A program made the translations under genes and the position numbers. The notes beneath the pieces are model-generated. The model was not told the origin of the DNA, did not search any database, and was given only the letters and a program-made list of their open reading frames with translations. Of a stretch of 64,000 bases of DNA, positions 60,181 to 64,000 are shown in pieces. The first letter of the stretch is position 1. Each line of letters opens with the position of its first letter. The DNA lies in assembly GCA_003971905.1 (NCBI GenBank), contig RSEE01000005.1:930001-994000 (forward strand). Direction: 5' to 3'. The stretch is from Moniliella sp. 'wahieum'. Taxonomy: Eukaryota.

Positions 60181-62191
60181 CGGTGTGGTGTCTCCGCCGA
60201 AGCGACTATGGGGAGGAAGAGAGGAGGGCAGGGACACGCGATGTGGAGGTAGAGGAGAAGAGAGGTGTTGGGGGTGGCAGGCGACGCGCTCCGCTTGGAC
60301 GCTCCACGGCGTAGGCTAGACCACAGCCACACCCTGCGATCGTATGCTCCGGCTTGCTCAAGATCAAGCGTCAAGCTTAAGTGCACCGTCCCCACATGGC
60401 GCGCTGCGGCTGTCTAGCCGCCTTTTGTTGTAGGGCAGCCCGAGCGTCTCGCTGCCCTCTGCCCTCGCCCGCACCAGCCCGCACCCCAGCAGCATCATCC
60501 ATCAGCCATCCAGCTCAGCAAGCACCATCCATCCACCCTACCGGTCGCCACTATCGGGGCTTGCTTATCTCAGCACACTCTCCACCCCCGCAGCGTAGAG
60601 AAGCAACCAGTCTTCGACCCCGAACAGGTACCACCACCCCACTGCCCCCGCGCCGAGTGCTGCTGCGAAAGGGGCCATGGTAAGCGGGTGCAGCCTGGCA
60701 CAGCCTAGTCCACAGCACTGGTCCAGCTTCTTACTCTCTGCCCTGCTACGGGCTGCGAAGCGGCGACCAGCCTCGCCCATCGTAGCCCAAAGCAGTGCCA
60801 GGGGGAGACGAGAGAGAGAAGTGGCACTTCTTGGCCCGGGGCGGACGTATTGCTTAACGCAGAAACATTTGGCCCAGTACTCGGTCTGAGTACGCACTGT
60901 GTACTGAGCCTCTGCCACCCTCCCCCGCAGGCACACCTGGCTATACCATCAAACAGCATTCCACAAGTCGACGTTCCCTCCCCTATATCCGGTGGACGAA
61001 AGTACCCAAGGAGCGAGTTCAACTGAACGTTCATGAGCGTTGCACGTTGGACTTCAACTTGAGAGCAATGCATGTGATGCAATAGTGATGGCAGGGTATG
61101 GGTGGGTATTCCAAGGCCTACCAACACTCATTAGGACGTTGAGTACTTTAATACTCATCGACCGACTCACCACTAACACTCACTGGTCACCACTCACATG
61201 CACTCACCAGACAGCATGTGTGCCTAGGCGGCTTGGCTTTCCCACGATCTGATCTCGCCGATGGGGCTCCTGGTCGGGCATTCCCGGCAACAAGGAACCA
61301 ACGTGCCTGTGACATGTATTGCTGTGGGTTAATAGGTAGGGTATATAGGGCGAGGTGACTTTTGTTGTTTCATTGAGGGTCCCGAGGGCCTACTGAGAGG
61401 GCCTGAGGCTGAAGGGCTGTCACCGGTGATGGGAATGACAGTGGTTGCAGAAGCGTTGTGTCTGCGCTTCTTAGCTGAACCGCGTGTGAGCAGCGAGGGC
61501 GAACAAGCCGAGCGGCAGGGGTGGCGCAGAGGGGCGCACAGACGCCAGCGGGGGTTGGGTATGCGCTGGTGTGCCGCTGTGGGCGGGCCGAGGGTGCCTG
61601 GGCGGCCTGGGCCTGCGTCTGCACCCGAAGCAGTCGGTACTCGCCCGCTGACTCTCTCAGTCAGTACTCAGGACGTCCTCAGGTGAGCATGTGACATGTG
61701 AGTGCCCTACAGTGCCACGCGCCTTGGGCCATATCCGGAGATTGTTTGTGCTGCAGGTGCCGCCGGTCTCAAGACACAGCGCTCGTGCGGGCACGGGAAG
61801 CGCCAGGGGCAGTGCGGGCACCAGTAAGACAGCGGCACGGCGGAAGTGTCCACTTTGTGCGACCGGCAAGCGCGGCGCGCTACCGCAGTCGCTGCGGCTG
61901 GTTGCCCCTGCTGCGCCGTGCTGCATGTCCGCTGCGTGCTGCCCAAGTGGTGCGTGTGGGGACGGGTCGGGTATCGGGCAGCGCGTAGCCAGCGGTGGCC
62001 GCAGGCGGGGTTCTTTCTACGACGCTGTCCCGCAGCCGGAGAAGCATGGCTGCTGACTGCTGGCTGCTGACGCCGACAGCCAACGACGGCTAAAAGTGCT
62101 GCGCTCTGCCTGCGGCCGTCCTGTGCCCCTCCTTTCCTTCTCGCCACCGCCCCCCCCCCCTCACCACCACTAGCCCCCTTCCGCATCCGCC

Positions 62192-63666
62192 ATGCCCACC
62201 CCTCCATCTGCGTATTCCAGCACCACACCCCCTACGAGGCCTCCGCCCCCTCGGACCCCGTCAGCCCCACCCACGTCTTTAGCGCCAGCACCCTCCCGCG
62301 CTCTCTCGACCCGCCCGCCCGCGCGAGCCTCGACAGTGTCTTTGCCTACTCCCCTGCCCCCCTGTCCGCCACACCTCCGTCTCCACTGGCCCGCGCTGGG
62401 CCGCGTCGATCGACAATCTGCGTGGTGCCTCGCAGACGCAAGCCTCGCATTATGCGTACTCGGGGTACCCCTACCCTTATGGCGATCCGGCCGCGGCCTT
62501 GGCTCAAGCGGGTGCCGACGACGACATTATTCCCAACGCGATTGTCATCAAGAACATTCCCTTTAGCTTGCCTAAGGAGGCGCTCTCGGCGCTCATGGCC
62601 GAGCTAGGCTGCCCCAGCCGTACGCATTCAACTACCACTTTGATCAGGGCCTGTTCCGTGGCTTGGCTTTGCTAATTTCCACTCGGCCGAGGAGGCGGAC
62701 CAGGTGGTGGTGGCGCTGCAGGGCTTTGATGTGGCGGGACGCAAGCTCAAGACCGAATACAAGAAAGTGCTTCAGGCGGGGGAAAAGGAACGGATCGAGA
62801 AGGAGAAAGCCCTGAAGCGCATGCAATCCCTCCAGATGGAAAAGGACAACGAACAACGTCGGCGCCAACGGCTTAATGCGCTGCAGATTGGGCTTCCCTC
62901 GCTGGATCCCCATCCTGCGTCGTACTCGCCGCTTACCTCGACCCCTGTCACCTCGTCGCTGGGCATAAGCGGTGTGCCGGCCACGAACGCGGCGGCGCCG
63001 TCCCATCCCCTCTCATTTCATTCCAGGCAAGAAAGATGAGCTGAACATGAACGACCCGACCACCTTGGACATTTACTCGCGCGTGGTCATCTTTCAAGAC
63101 GATCGGATGCGCGACGAGTTGGCATTTAGCAAGTCTCTGTCACCGCTGGAGCGGAGAGTGGTACACCTGGTCGCTCAGCGGCTCAGTCTGTTCCACTATT
63201 CGACCGGGGTGGGAGAAGAACGCTGTGTGGTAGTGAGCAAGGTTGAGCCACCTAACCGCGTCCGCACGCATCAAGCCAAACCCGCCGTCTGCGGACTAAA
63301 CCGTCCACGTCAACGCTGCCTGGTACGCCGAATGCGGCGGTGGGCGCGCTACCGTATGGCCCTATTCCGGACCTGGTCGCGTCCCAAGCACGAATCAATT
63401 CGATGCGCAGCTTTGCCGCCCTGCGCCGAGCCGCTGGCAGCTCCTACGTTCGTGATGCCCCGCCCGCGCTGCCGGAACCCAGTGCACTGCCATCGCTCTT
63501 GGCCGACTTGCGGTTGGATCCGACGTCGGACCCGCCGCGGCAGACCGATGGGTCCAGCCCCAGCCGGTCGCGACGCGGGTGTGAACGTCAAGGGCAGAGC
63601 TCTTGTCTTTTACTTAGCATGAACGATGGGGACGACTTTGAGCCGTCGCGCTACCGCTCTGCCTAG
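62192..63666 (+). CDS. PIN4: RRM + R3H RNA-binding protein (Pin4/Cip2-like)
   Basis: DDDIIPNAIVIKNIPF; YAFNYHFDQGLFRGLAFANF; GRKLKTEYKKVLQAGEKERIEKEKALKRMQS; R3H LSPLERRVVHLVAQRL. Ends approximate because of indels. Confidence 0.85.
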
Positions 63667-64000
63667 ATACAGATACCGAGATACTTGATACGACCGACCA
63701 ACACCTTGCGTTTTTTCCCCTCTGATCACGATGCCGTTTTCTTTTGTTTCTTTACGACCGTTGAACGTGTCCTTGTTATCGGGCTCCGTATGGCCTCATA
63801 TGCCCCTCGCCCCTCCTCTCGCCGTCCCTCTTTGACTCATTTTCACGCCCTGCCCCTGCATTTTCCCCTTCCCGCTTCGGTTTACACTTTTATGATTCCA
63901 CTCATGCACGTGGTTTGGCCTTCTCTTTGCCCCCAAAGGGGCAAGGGTGCCGATCCCGCAAGGTATGAGACTGATATGGCACAGGGCGCCACACAGGTCC

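Overview
GC-rich fungal nuclear DNA with short GT-AG introns and CTRAC branch points. It is probably a basidiomycete; a Ustilaginomycotina-like origin is an inference. Tightly packed housekeeping genes include a GPR1/FUN34 acetate transporter, NDUFS7, RPP1, an SLC35F6-like transporter, TIF6, TIM9, RRP8, STT4, a GT32/OCH1-like mannosyltransferase, RPB11, RPL4, GAL7, an F-box gene, VCX1, PIN4-like and two intron-containing tRNA-Lys(CTT) genes. These alternate with less GC-rich, gene-poor islands. Many genes carry single-base deletions in short homopolymers, best explained as unpolished long-read error, so several CDS ends are approximate. Most notable: (1) a 3.36-kb DNA transposon at 16142-19504 with ~50-bp TIRs, an intact target-site duplication and a fungal P-element-like transposase remnant; (2) a pervasive intergenic pattern of 7-bp tandem units, each an A-N4-T palindrome plus C/G, with many interchangeable cores; (3) an aberrant tRNA-like gene at 56766-56837 and tRNA-Lys genes with an atypical D-stem; (4) an orphan secreted, possibly ricin-like protein gene in an 11-kb accessory island.
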